64,000 nt of DNA from Octopus sinensis (GCF_006345805.1 NC_043006.1:91822001-91886000); one strand, 5' to 3'; positions 13,610 through 26,934 are shown, counted from the stretch's first letter. Translations and numbers: made by a program. The notes: a model not told the origin generated them from the sequence alone.

Positions 13610-14298
13610 CAAAATAAGAAAATGGAGAAATACATCAAAATCAATTATCAACTACCAGATAATACCCAATCACATAATTTATTAAACCACTACATATGAA
13701 CATTAAGGTCAAACATAATAATATAGAACAAAACAGTGTACATGAAGGAGTAATATGATACAATAAGTACAGTATGCATAAGTGAATATAAATAAATATA
13801 AATATAAATATAGACTACATCTTACAGCTGTTTCGGCCATGCAGATATGGGTGTCTCATTTTGCTCGGCTAATATGAGCAAAATGAGACACCCATATCTG
13901 CATGGCCGAAACAGCTGTAAGATGTAGTCTATATTTATATTTATTTATATTCACTTATGCATACTGTGCTTATTGTATCATATTACTCCTTCATGTACAC
14001 TGTTTTGTTCTATATTATTATGTTGACCTTAATGTTCATATGTAGTGGTTTAATAAATTATGTGATTGGGTATTATCTGGTAGCTGATAATTGATTTAGA
14101 TGTATTTTTCCATTTTCTTATCTTGTATTAGTAATTTGTGGTAAATCATTTTACCTTTGCCCATATAATACAGTAAATGAATTATTGCATCGCAATTTTT
14201 AGCATTTATGTATTAACTTTGTTGGGTACTTCACTAGCAGTATATTGGATATGTGTTATCCCATGGAGGGTTGCATTTACAACCCCTATCTCAATTTG
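13606..14298 (+). mobile_element. Foldback Penelope-like insert in (TA)n with the 3' half of a hammerhead
   Basis: ~260 bp arms 13606-13867 / 13878-14130; GGCC GAAA CAGCTG TA AGATG near 13904-13924; unique tail ending CCCCTATCTCAATTTG. Confidence 0.75.
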
Positions 14299-14737
14299 TA
14301 TATATATATATATATATAGCAATTAAGGACAACTACTTAATAAGGAAAACTTAACAAGAAATTGTCAGGTAGATAGCGTGAAAACCTCATAGAGAAAAAA
14401 TTTCGAAAATAATTATTTCTTATTGAACATATTAATTTATATATAGAGGGCATTATACATACATGCCAGATGGCATTATACATACATGCCACACGCTAAG
14501 AGGGACAATTAGTCATTTCTACCAAAAATATTACTAATCCCACCGAATGCAATTTTTCAAAGTAAGACATTTAAAAAATATAGACCTGTATCACAGTGAT
14601 TTCATACTTACGTATTCATAAAAAGTCTGACATTTACAGGATGTAATATATGTAAACTCACCCATGTGCTTCGTTGATGTTGATAAGTTAGCTGATCGGC
14701 TTAAGCGAGGCAGGGTCGTTTATGTATGATACATCCA

Positions 14738-14783
14738 GGCCTGCTGATGAATACGTAAGTATGAAATCACTGTGATACAGGTC
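14738..14783 (+). ncRNA. Minimal type I hammerhead ribozyme, intact
   Basis: GGCCTG CTGATGA ATAC GTAA GTAT GAAA TCACTGTGA TA CAGGTC; predicted cut after A14777. Confidence 0.9.
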
Positions 14784-15215
14784 TATATTTTTTAAATGTC
14801 TTACTTTGAAAAATTGCATTCGGTGGGATTAGTAATATTTTTGGTAGAAATGACTAATTGTCCCTCTTAGCGTGTGGCATGTATGTATAATGCCATCTGG
14901 CATGTATGTATAATGCCCTCTATATATAAATTAATATGTTCAATAAGAAATAATTATTTTCGAAATTTTTTCTCTTATGAGGTTTTCACGCTATCTACCT
15001 GACAATTTCTTGTTAAGTTTTCCTTATTAAGTAGTTGTCCTTAATTGCTAAATTTTTATTCCGAAAAAACTTTTCCTTTCCCGAAATGCAATTCGTAAAA
15101 AGTCTGACATTTACAGGATGTAATATATGTAAACTCACCCATGTGCTTCGTTGATGTTGATCAGTTAGCTGATCGGCTTAAGCGAGGCAGGGTCGTTTAT
15201 GTATTGATACATCCA

Positions 15216-15261
15216 GGCCTGCTGATGAATACGTAAGTATGAAATCACTGTGATACAGGTC
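15216..15261 (+). ncRNA. Minimal type I hammerhead ribozyme, intact
   Basis: Identical to 14738-14783, 478 nt downstream. Confidence 0.9.
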
Positions 15262-16571
15262 TATATTTTTTAAATGTCTTACTTTGAAAAATTGCATTCG
15301 GTGGGATTAGTAATATTTTTGGTAGAAATGACTAATTGTCCCTCTTAGCGTGTGGCATGTATGTATAATGCCATCTGGCATGTATGTATAATGCCCTCTA
15401 TATATATATATATATATATAATATATAATATATATATATATAATACAAAATAAGAAAATGGAGAAATACATCAAAATCAATTATCAACTACCAGATAATA
15501 CCCAATCACATAATTTATTAAACCACTACATATGAACATTAAGGTCAACATAATAATATAGAACAAAACAGTGTACATGAAGGAGTAATATGATACAATA
15601 AGTACAGTATGCATAAGTGAATATAAATAAATATAAATATAAATATAGACTACATCTTACAGCTGTTTCGGCCATGCAGATATGGGTGTCTCATTTTGCT
15701 CGGCTAATATGAGCAAAATGAGACACCCATATCTGCATGGCCGAAACAGCTGTAAGATGTAGTCTATATTTATATTTATTTATATTCACTTATGCATACT
15801 GTGCTTATTGTATCATATTACTCCTTCATGTACACTGTTTTGTTCTATATTATTATGTTTGACCTTAATGTTCATATGTAGTGGTTTAATAAATTATGTG
15901 ATTGGGTATTATCTGGTAGCTGATAATTGATTTAGATGTATTTTTCCATTTTCTTATCTTGTATTAGTAATTTGTGGTAAATCATTTTACCTTTGCCCAT
16001 ATAATACAGTAAATGAATTAATTGCATCGCAATTTTTAGCATTTATGTATTAACTTTGTTGGGTACTTCACTAGCAGTATATTGGATATGTGTTATCCCA
16101 TGGAGGGTTGCATTTACAACCCCTATCTCAATTTGTATATATATATATATATATAGCAATTAAGGACAACTACTTAATAAGGAAAACTTAACAAGAAATT
16201 GTCAGGTAGATAGCGTGAAAACCTCATAAGAGAAAAAATTTCGAAAATAATTATTTCTTATTGAACATATTAATTTATATATAGAGGGCATTATACATAC
16301 AGCCAGATGGCATTATACATACATGCCACACGCTAAGAGGGACAATTAGTCATTTCTACCAAAATATTACTAATCCCACCGAATGCAATTTTTCAAAGTA
16401 AGACATTTAAAAATATAGACCTGTATCACAGTGATTTCATACTTACGTATTCATAAAAAGTCTGACATTTACAGGATGTAATATATGTAAACTCACCCAT
16501 GTGCTTCGTTGATGTTGATAAGTTAGCTGATCGGCTTAAGCGAGGCAGGTCGTTTATGTATGATACATCCA

Positions 16572-16616
16572 GGCCTGCTGATGAATACGTAAGTATGAAA
16601 TCACTGTGATACAGTC
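16572..16616 (+). ncRNA. Hammerhead copy, one G missing in stem I 3' strand
   Basis: Same core; ends TA CAGTC. Confidence 0.75.
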
Positions 16617-17046
16617 TATATTTTTTAAATGTCTTACTTTGAAAAATTGCATTCGGTGGGATTAGTAATATTTTTGGTAGAAATGACTAATTGTCCCTCT
16701 TAGCGTGTGGCATGTATGTATAATGCCATCTGGCATGTATGTATAATGCCCTCTATATATAAATTAATATGTTCAATAAGAAATAATTATTTTCGAAATT
16801 TTTTCTCTTATGAGTTTTCACGCTATCTACCTGACAATTTCTTGTTAATTTTCCTTATTAAGTAGTTGTCCTTAATTGCTAAATTTTTATTCCGAAAAAA
16901 CTTTTCCTTTCCCGAAATGCAATTCGTAAAAAGTCTGACATTTACAGGATGTAATATATGTAAACTCACCCATGTGCTTCGTTGATGTTGATCAGTTAGC
17001 TGATCGGCTTAAGCGAGGCAGGGTCGTTTATGTATTGATACATCCA

Positions 17047-17091
17047 GGCCTGCTGATGAATACGTAAGTATGAAATCACTGTGATACAGTC
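17047..17091 (+). ncRNA. Hammerhead copy, one G missing in stem I 3' strand
   Basis: Same core; ends TA CAGTC. Confidence 0.75.
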
Positions 17092-17229
17092 TATATTTTT
17101 TAAATGTCTTACTTTGAAAAATTGCATTCGGTGGGATTAGTAATATTTTTGGTAGAAATGACTAATTGTCCCTCTTAGCGTGTGGCATGTATGTATAATG
17201 CCATCTGGCATGTATGTATAATGCCCTCT

Positions 17230-17272
<43 letters not shown>

Positions 17273-17369
17273 TATATATATATTTATACATACACAAACG
17301 CGCGCACACACACAACACACACATATATATATATGTGTGTGTGTGTCTATATAAATGTGCATGTGTGCA

Positions 17370-17890
17370 TATATACAACTTTCAAAAGGTAACAGTCATG
17401 TATACAACTTGAACTGACACATATCATTACATAAACATACGTTCACATATACATACACATGTACAAACACACAGACACGTCTACACACTCTCCTAAATAC
17501 TCACATACATACGTATAGGCATGCACACATACATACATACGCACATACGTGCATACATAAATACATACATACATAAATACATACACACATACATACATAC
17601 ATACATACATACATACATACATACATACATACACACACATACATACGTACATATATATCATGAATCTGAGAAAGTAACTGTTACTTTCTCAGATGCAGAA
17701 CAAAGCTTTGTCAGTGAACAAGTCACGGTCTCAAAGCGACGAAAATATCTTGACAAATTAAATGTTGAAGTGAATCTAACGGTTTTGTGTGTTTCTTAAA
17801 TGGCTTATAAACACCTTCCACGCTGCAATTGTTTTCGTTCCAGCACATGATCTTAGATCAAGTCACTCGCTATGCAAGTACATCTCCATA
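17370..17890 (+). mobile_element. Sense arm of Penelope-like element (partner of 12820-13290) with unique 3' tail
   Basis: Hairpin ATCTGAGAAAGTAAC-T-GTTACTTTCTCAGAT, hammerhead-like motif, tail 17831-17890, then (TA)n. Confidence 0.75.
17707..17757 (+). ncRNA. Type I hammerhead-like ribozyme, G3-C8 core variant
   Basis: TTTGTCA GTGAACA A GTCAC GGTCTCAAA GCGAC GAAA ATAT CT TGACAAA (U16.1 replaced by C in this copy). Confidence 0.55.
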
Positions 17891-17905
17891 ATATATATAT
17901 ATATG

Positions 17906-18637
17906 AAGGCAATTATGCGGATAAACAAATTGGATTTATTGAATATACCATTTTGTATATGAAATGCAAAACATGTATATTTACATACATGCAATACGAG
18001 AGAAAGCAAATGATGGAGACTTTCCGACGATGAATATTTAAATATACATTTACAGATACTTATATGAATAGATTCAACTTACACAGAGTACAAGCGACAG
18101 AAAATAGCTGAACCTCTCCTCATTCTGACCTGAAGTGCATGATCTTCTCTACCCCGAAGAGAGGGGATCGATTTATCCAATGTTGATTGCTCCAATTATG
18201 CTGCATATTGAGATGAACTACATCTGCCAATATTATGATGGATCTGTAAACCCCCAGAAACAGCTGTTGAACTTATAGCATCTTACGTCCTTCCCATTAA
18301 TTGTCTCAGTCGCTCCTCCTCTGTGTGAGTTTGATCTGTTAATATAAATATGTATATATTATACTTAGACATTCGTCGTCTCCACATTTTGCATTCGCTC
18401 GTTTTGAATGTATGCATATATACATATTTTGCATTTCATGGCGAAACTGTTATATTTAATATTTCTGATTTGTTTATTCACAAAATTGCCTCTATATCTG
18501 CTCAACTTCATCCGTCTCACAGCCAGTCTTCACCCCTTGGAATTGATCCCCTGTAAACACACCGGTGTTTAAGTTTGAACCATTTGGGCACTGCTAACTG
18601 TCTTTTGTACTGAGACTTTCTAGATCTCATCAGTTCA

Positions 18638-18640
<3 letters not shown>
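17906..18640 (+). mobile_element. Old diverged foldback insert in (TA)n with hammerhead remnant
   Basis: Imperfect arms ~17906-18100 / ~18305-18490; CCGAAGA GAGGGG...CCCC CA GAAA CAGCTG TT at 18154-18268. Confidence 0.6.
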
Positions 18641-18709
<69 letters not shown>

Positions 18710-20202
18710 ACCATATGCCTGTATGTATATACGTACGTATATATATATATGTGTATATATATATGTGTGTGCATACATACATTGTATATATGCGTATATG
18801 ATTAGGTTTACAATATATATATGCAATACAGATATACTATAAATATACATATACTTACAATATATTAACAATATTAACAATATACTATATACATTTACGT
18901 ACACATGTTTATAATCTATATATATATATATGCATATATAGTTATACTCATATACATACACATACACGCACATACACCCAATTCCACTCACCATCTCTCT
19001 CACACACACATACAACGTATGCACGCAGTGATACAAAGCTGTATCACAAAGCGAGAGATATTGATAAAACTTTTCTCGTTATTTTCACATCCTTTTCACT
19101 CGCCATTGTGAAAGCTGCTGCTTTAGAGAACGCTACGCATTCAATGGAAGATAAAGGTTAATTTAGACGAATCATATTTGGACATGGCTACGAGATAATT
19201 AGATTAATAACAAAGAAAAAGAAAAACTAAACGAATTTTGATCAGCAGAAATAAAATAAATCAATTAAAAAAGTTTGAAATGTCAATTTAAACTTGGTGT
19301 TGTCGTTCTATACACACGAACTGTCTTAAAATTGCCTACACAAATACTTAATGTAGCACGTAGATCTATGATATAACGTTCTCAGTGACAACACTGCGTG
19401 CAAAAGTTTAGAAAAAAAAGTAGGCAAAACAAATAAGAGGACCAAGGAAATTTATTGCGAAGACAATCTTCGAGTTCTTACGTGAGGAATTTAAGAAAGA
19501 TTTTGTACTTGCTAGAATAGGTGGTGCCTTTAAGGCGCTATACTATCTTAGGATCTCAATTGTGCTTTATCTTATTTTCTGCTACTATGAGCATACGCGG
19601 TGAGATTGTTTTTAAAAATAAAAATCGGCGTACACATGGTTATGTTGTTAAAACGCTCGCTCCATGAGCACGTTGCTTCGGTTTCGGTCTCAGCTGTCTT
19701 TTACTGTGGCCTTCAATATCTCCTGAATGAGATGTGCTACATGGTAATTCTGCTTTCTGTACATGTATTTGTAAGCATTTATCTTTGTATTTGCTTTGAT
19801 ACAGTTTGAAAACCAATGGTATTCTGTGTATGCCCCGTCCTTAGTGGCTCGACAGAAGAAGGTATAAAGGAAATGTACATGACTTAGAAAACGACGAGGC
19901 TGCACTAATACGATGAATCAGTTGAGTAAAATAATTAAAAAAAACAATAAAAACAATAGAAATATTGAAGTAGCCATTAGGCAAAATATGATTCGTGATC
20001 CGTCAATCGATTTATGGAAATAATTCCAGTCTCAGAGATTCAGCGTGTCTAGCATGTGTTTTGTGTTCGGCATTTTATCTCTCTACAAAATATGTCTAAC
20101 AATGAAATGTAAGCAGCCTCGCTGTCAAATGTTACTTGTTATATCCAAACAGCCATGCACTATTATTATTATTAAAATTATTAAAATTATTATTATTATT
20201 AT

Positions 20203-20318
20203 TGAGTGAGAGAGCAGTTCATGCCATCAAAGTGACACTGGGGTAAAATATACGAAGCCCAATATACCCATCATGACTACCCGTCTGATAAAGGTACACC
20301 AGGCACATGCATCACAAC

Positions 20319-20320
<2 letters not shown>
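20203..20320 (-). mobile_element. Short insert between (TAA)n tracts, probable LINE 3' stub
   Basis: Unique 118 bp bounded by (TTA)n on both sides, the same context as the neighbouring LINE ends. Confidence 0.45.
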
Positions 20321-20357
<37 letters not shown>

Positions 20358-20367
20358 AATTATTAAA

Positions 20368-20398
<31 letters not shown>

Positions 20399-20479
20399 TA
20401 TTATTATTATTATATTATTATTATTATATTATTATTATTATTATTATTATCATCATCATCATCATCATCATCATCAGCA

Positions 20480-20509
<30 letters not shown>

Positions 20510-20513
<4 letters not shown>

Positions 20514-21452
20514 TTTTTTCTTCTTCTTTCAAATTTGCTTCCATTTCTTGCCGAGTGTCTTCCCGACTCCTAGGGCAAAGAAACTCATAGTATACATTGG
20601 TAGGCCATTAACCAAACTCAGTAGTTCGTTCATTTTTTTTTTTAAGTTAAATTAAAATACATGAGCAGCAGCAACAGTTCTCACATCGACAATGCTCTTC
20701 TCAATACGTGTGATGTACCAGTTAAGACAATCTTTTGCACTTCTTGCAGGGATGGTAAGCCAGGGATCATTCTCATATAATTTTCGGTTCCTTCTTGATC
20801 ATTCCTAGTGCTCCTACGATCACTGGTATTGTAACCGCCTTGAGATGCCCACATTTCTCAATTTCAATTAGGTCTTTATTATTATTATTATTATCATTAT
20901 TATTATTATTATACTATTATTATTACTATTATTATTATTATTATTGTTATTATTATTATTATTATTATTATATTATTATTATATTATTATTATTATTATC
21001 ATTATTATTATTATTATTATTATCATTATTTATATTATTATTATTATATTATTATTATATTATTATTATAATATTTTTACTTTTTTTTTCTTCTTTCAAA
21101 TTTTCTTCCATTTCTTGCCGAGTGTCTTCCCGACTCCTAGGGCAAAGAAACTCATAGTGTATTGGTAGGCCATTAAACCAAACTCAGTAGTTCGTTCATT
21201 TAAAAAAAATTTTTTTCTTAAAGTTAAATTAAAATACATGAGCAGCAACAGTTCTCACATCGACAATGCTCTTCTCAATACGTGTGATGTACCAGTTAAG
21301 ACAATCTTTTGCACTTCTTGCAGGGATGGTAAGCCAGGGATCATTCTCATATAATTTTCGGTTCCCTTCTTGATCATTCCTAGTGCTCCTACGATCACTG
21401 GTATTGTAACCGCCTTGAGATGCCACATTTTCTCAATTTCAATTAGGTCTTA

Positions 21453-21500
<48 letters not shown>

Positions 21501-21509
21501 TATTATTAC

Positions 21510-21581
<72 letters not shown>

Positions 21582-21601
21582 CATTATTATTATTATTATT
21601 A

Positions 21602-21658
<57 letters not shown>

Positions 21659-22032
21659 TTTTACTTTTTTTTTTCTTCTTTCAAATTTTCTTCCATTTCT
21701 TGCCGAGTGTCTTCCCGACTCCTAGGGCAAAGAAACTCATAGTGTATATTGGTAGGCCATTAAACCAAACTCAGTAGTTCGTTCATTTAAAAAAAATTTT
21801 TTTCTTAAAGTTAAATAAAATACATGAGCAGCAACAGTTCTCACATCGACAATGCTCTTCTCAATACGTGTGATGTACCAGTTAAGACAATCTTTTGCAC
21901 TTCTTGCAGGATGGTAAGCCAGGGATCATTCTCATATAATTTTCGGTTCCCTTCTTGATCATTCCTAGTGCTCCTACGATCACTGGTATGTAACCGCCTG
22001 AGATGCCACATTTTTCAATTTCAATTAGGTCT
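20510..22032 (-). repeat. Three tandem ~370 bp copies of the R4/Dong LINE 3' end separated by (TAA)n
   Basis: 20510-20876, 21075-21450 and 21658-22032 all match 22240-22615 and stop at the same TTTCAATTAGGTCT junction. Confidence 0.9.
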
Positions 22033-22037
22033 ATTTA

Positions 22038-22070
<33 letters not shown>

Positions 22071-22239
22071 TAATTATTATTACTATTATTATTATTATTA
22101 TGTTATTATTATTATTATTATTACATTATTATATATATTATTATTATTATTATTATTATCTTTAGTATTATATTATTATCATTATTATTATTATTATATT
22201 ATTATTATTATATTATTATTATTATTATTATTATTATAT

Positions 22240-25200
22240 TTTTACTTTTTTTTTCTTCTTTCAAATTTTCTTCCATTTCTTGCCGAGTGTCTTCCGACTC
22301 CTAGGGCAAAGAACTCATAGGTATATTGGTAGGCCATTAAACCAACTCAGTAGTTCGTTCATTTAAAAAATTTTTTTCTTAAAGTTAAATTAAAATACAT
22401 GAGCAGCAACAGTTCTCACATCGACAATGCTCTTCTCAATACGTGTGATTGTACCAGTTAAGACAATCTTTTGCACTTCTTGCAGGGATGGTAAGCCAGG
22501 GATCATTCTCATATAATTTTCGGTTCCCTTCTGATCATTCCTAGTGCTCCTACGATCACTGGTATTGTAACCGCCTTGAGATGCCACATTTTCTCAATTT
22601 CAATGAGTAGGTCTTTATATTTTCTGAGCTTGTCAAACTCTTTCGCTGAGATATTATGATCACAGGGGATGCTCATGTCGACCAATAAGCAAACTTTATT
22701 GTTTTGGTCTTTCACAACAATATCTGGTTTATTGGCCTTGATGTTTCGGTCTGTATGTACTGGAAAGTCCCACAGAATGGTTACATTTTCTCCTTCAGTT
22801 ACAGCCTCAGGGTGGTGATTATACCACTGTCGGCAGTTTGAGTTTTGATATTGTAATGCCGACTTATTAGCCTGTGGATATATTGGCCAACTCTGTCATG
22901 TCTTAATTTATACTCCACTGGTGCTAAGACTTTACATCCAGAGATTAGGTGGTCCACTGTTTCAATCATGTCGTTGCAAAATCGGCATTTTGGTCTGCTC
23001 CATTTTTCATCACATTGGCTGGTAGTTCGGGTTGATAGGCTTTGGTCTTGAGCAGCAGGATGAAACCTTCGCTCTCTGCTTTTAGCCTGAGCTCCGCAGC
23101 AACTGATGGGTTTGCTTCTGGTCAACATCAGCTTGTTTGCTGGGGTCACATATTTGCCGTGCAGGAGGTTTCTCCTCCCACCTATCAGCCAATTGCTCGT
23201 GCGCTTTTTTCATTGCCATCATTTTCACCTTCTTTGCACCAATAGTTTGCCGTACTTCCCTCGGGTTGTTCAGTTTGGGTATCCTGCACGAGATCAATAG
23301 CAAATTTTTGCTTTCCTTGATGATAGAATGAAGCTTCTTTCGTCTCTCGTGATTTTCCACGAGCTTTAGCATCCAGTCATTCGATATTTCGAGATTTTGG
23401 CCAGTCCAATTGTGGTTTGTTTGTAAGCTAGTTCAAATTGGATCAGGCCTCGACCTCCTTGGGCTCTGGGAAGGTAAAGGCGATCTACGTCTGCCTTTGG
23501 GTGGTGCATCTATTACAACTCAGCAGCTTGCGTATTTTTCTATCTATATTCTTTACTTCACTATATTCCAGTTCAACACATGTAGCTATAAGTAACAATG
23601 GAACTGCTAGGGAATTTATAGCTAACACCTTGTTACGTGCATTTAGTTCAGATTTCAGGACTGCACGAACTCTCCTATAACATTCCTTCCTGATTTTCTC
23701 TTTCATGCTTGCATGCTGAATACCAGAGCCTTCATTTATCCCTAAATATTTGTATGTTTGTTCTTGCTCAAGCTCTCTTATGATGTGTCAACATCTAACA
23801 CGACTGAATTTGTGGTCTTCACTTTCCCTTTCTGGAAAGTGGCCTTGGCACCTCTCAAGTCCAAACTCCATCCCGATGTCATCGCTGAATGATTTCACGG
23901 TGCGCAATAGGCCTTCAAGTTCATTATTGTCTTTACCATAAAGTTTAAGTCATCCATATAAAATAGATGGCTTATTTTTTTATTGGCAATTTTATACCCA
24001 TACCCTGTTCTGTTTAATTCACTTGTAAGGGGTATTAGGGCTATGCAGAATATTAAAGGTGAAAGTGAGTCACCTTGAAAAATTCCACAGTTGATGTTTA
24101 TATTTTCTGAGGCAAGTACTCCATTAGAGTGGTTATAATTGGAGATTCGTATTCCACAACGACATATTGTGCTTCAGGAAGTTTGAAATCACAGGGGAAA
24201 TTTTGAAGATGTCCAGCGATCTCAAGATCCATGGATGCGGTTATACTGTCGAAGGCCTTTTTATAGTCAATCCATGCGGTGCTGAGATTTCTGCGCTTGT
24301 TGTGACAGTTTCTCAAGGATCATACGATTGATTAGCAGTTGATCTTTGCATCCGTAAGAGCCTCGGCGGCACCCTTTTTGTTCAATGGGGAAAATATCGT
24401 TCTTCTCCATGAATGCATATGTTTTTCTCCGCCAGGATAGATGTTAGGATTTTATACGTGGTGGATAGACAGGTATAGGCGATCCGATAGTTTTTTGGAA
24501 GGTTGGTTTCGTTATTCTTTGGGAGTAGGTAAGTAAATTGTTAAGTAACCATTTCATTCAGTGTTTTCTTTGGGTCTCTCGTAATTCCATTGAGCAGCTG
24601 CTGAACTAGCTTTACCGTGTGCGCACGATGCGAGCGTGCGAGCCAGAAATTCGGCACCCTATCATTACCGGGGGATTTCCAATTATGGGCCTTCGTGAGT
24701 GCCTTTCTTAGGTCTGCTATTGTGATGTCTTCCCATGCTTGTTGTGTAAATTTTGTAGGATCCTTCAGTTTGTATAATCCAGTCTGCATTTATGTTGTAC
24801 GTCTTCTTGTCACTCCAAATCCTTTTCCAAAAGTTTTGAACTTCTTCCATGGGAGGGGGGTCTTTAACGGTTACTTTCTCCTTCCCTATTTCTCTGTAGA
24901 ATTTTTGGCATTGGATGTGAACAGTTATTTTGCTTGTAAAACGTGTTTCTCTTCTCAATCTTCGTATTCTTTGGGCTTTGCTTGGACTTTTGTTTCAGTT
25001 CAGCGTTCTTTTATTGATATCAGTTCTTCTCTTGGTGAGGATCCAAATTTTCTCTTCATCTTTCTTCCTGTTCTGGATCTTACATCATTCCACATATTAG
25101 TTCATTAATATTGATATTTCCCCTCTCATAAATTCAATCTCTTTTTCAATTTTACTTCTCCAGGTTTGATTTCTTCCCAGGTTTTGTTTTCTTTGTTTTT

Positions 25201-26085
25201 TCGGGGGCATACAGCTGGTTTCAATTGCCCTAGCAGAAGCGTAAATAATTTCATTTAACTCAGTAAAATCAGGTTTAATTCTCGTATTATTTCATTTGTT
25301 ACATAGTTGCCAATTTGGATTTGTTTTTTTATTTTGGTTTGTATTTGAGAGTTTATGAAGCGGTTCTCTATCATTCATACTTGTATGTCTTACAACTTCA
25401 AGCGTATTCAGGATTTTCTGCCTCATTTCTGCTATAGACTCTCTGTGTTCTTCAGCAAATGCGAGATCTTCAGTTACTGTTGTTTTTTCGTTTTCCTGGC
25501 TATCTTTAACAGGTACAATAGAATTTCTTGTATCTTCAGGCCTTTGCGTACTTTGGTCAGATGGCAGTATTTCAATTAAGCCTCGTGGCGGGCTATACTG
25601 TTCATCTGATTCTTCATTTCCTTTGTGTCTTATATTTATGCCATTTTCCGTTGCGTGCTTGATCGCGCTTATTTCACTGTCTGTGAGTCTGTTATTTCTA
25701 AAGATATCCCTCCTCACATTGCTAATTTGTTCTCGTCAAAATAGGGCCTACTGTCTTGATTCCGTGGTCTCCATATACTGTAAGAGTTTGCGGTGTGTCT
25801 CTCTTGAGATGGCCTACCTAATGCATAGTAATAAGCGTATATTACTTTTTATACTCTCTCGGGTCCATTTGTTCCGCTTACATTTTTCTTTCTGTGGTGG
25901 TTGTGGTGGTGAACTTGGAGGGCTCGAGTTGGGGGTTTCCCGTTCAAGTGACCATCCATGTCCGTATTCGGAGAAGAGTTTGTGCCAGTTGATGACTTTT
26001 CGATCCCAGGCTGGCTCTTCCCTGGGGGACGCGCTTCCAGATTAACCATAGGACAAGCGATTTGGTATACTGATTTAGTTTTCCT
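22240..26085 (-). mobile_element. Near full-length R4/Dong-clade non-LTR retrotransposon, frameshifted
   Basis: In order: KWTRE-type N-terminal motif, WKSPGND, AWIDYKKAFDSI, GIFQGDSLSPLIF, YMDDLKLY, CRFCNDMIETVDHLISGC..RHD, KPDIVVKD..VDMSIP..K..KY restriction-like endonuclease; (TAA)n on both flanks. Confidence 0.92.
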
Positions 26086-26181
26086 TTATTATTATATTAT
26101 TTTATTATTATTATTATTATTTTTTATTATTATTATTATTATTATTCTATTATTATTATTACTATTATTATTATTATTATT

Positions 26182-26860
26182 CAGTAGTATAATTTTTAAG
26201 CGTGCTGTCACTTCTACTTCACTACCACTCGACGCAGCTCTGTGTGCCTCGGGTATGTGCTGTGTTTTGTTGTGATGCTCTGATGGTTACTGTATGGAAA
26301 GTGTTCTGCGTAGGATGTGTGCAGTGCCTAGTAGTGCAATTTCTGTATGTTATATGTGTTTGTAAGTCCTGGTGTTTTGTTATGTATTTGTCTGAATATT
26401 TTTATCATACCTAGCGCGCCTACTGTGATAGGAATTGTTTCTGTTTTTAGATTCCACATTCTGGTTACCTCTATTTCCAGGTCTTTGTATTTTGAAACTT
26501 TCTCTATTTCTTTTAGAGAAACGTTGTCATTTGCTGGTATTGATACATCAATTAGAAAACATTTTTTTTCTTCAAGATCTCTGACAACTTTATCTGGTCT
26601 GTTGGCCTTAATTTCTCTATCTGTGTGTATCGGCATATCCCAGAGTATGGTTGCTTTCTCGTTTTCTGTGACCTTTTCTGGTGTGTGCCTATACCATCAT
26701 TTTTCTGTTGTTATTCCATAATGTTGGCATAGCTTCCAGTGTATGTAGGTCCCAACTCTGTCGTGTCTGTGAATATATTCCTTCTTAGCCAGGACTGGGC
26801 AGCCAGAGATAATATGATTTATTGTTTCTTGTCCATCTCCACATATTCTGGATTTCTCTG
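26182..26860 (-). mobile_element. Second R4/Dong family, 3' fragment (endonuclease domain)
   Basis: IHTDREIKANRPD..CFLIDVSIP..KEIEKVSKYKDLEIEVTRMWNLK..VGALG; (TAA)n on both flanks. Confidence 0.9.
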
Positions 26861-26896
26861 TATTATTATTATTATTATTATATTTTATTATTATTA

Positions 26897-26934
<38 letters not shown>

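Larger units (their letters stand above)
14317..15400 (+). mobile_element. Retrozyme-like element: inverted arm plus ~1.6 tandem 478 bp monomers
   Basis: 14317-14618 is the reverse complement of ~14747-15050; direct repeat period 478; (TA)n on both sides. Confidence 0.85.
15442..17230 (+). repeat. Second copy of a ~1836 bp tandem duplication of 13606-15440
   Basis: Same two elements in the same order; differences I saw are small indels. Confidence 0.9.

Noticed and set aside
20510-22615. CRISPR-like repeat-spacer pattern
   Set aside because: Repeats are ~370 bp LINE ends, spacers are microsatellites, and the context is eukaryotic
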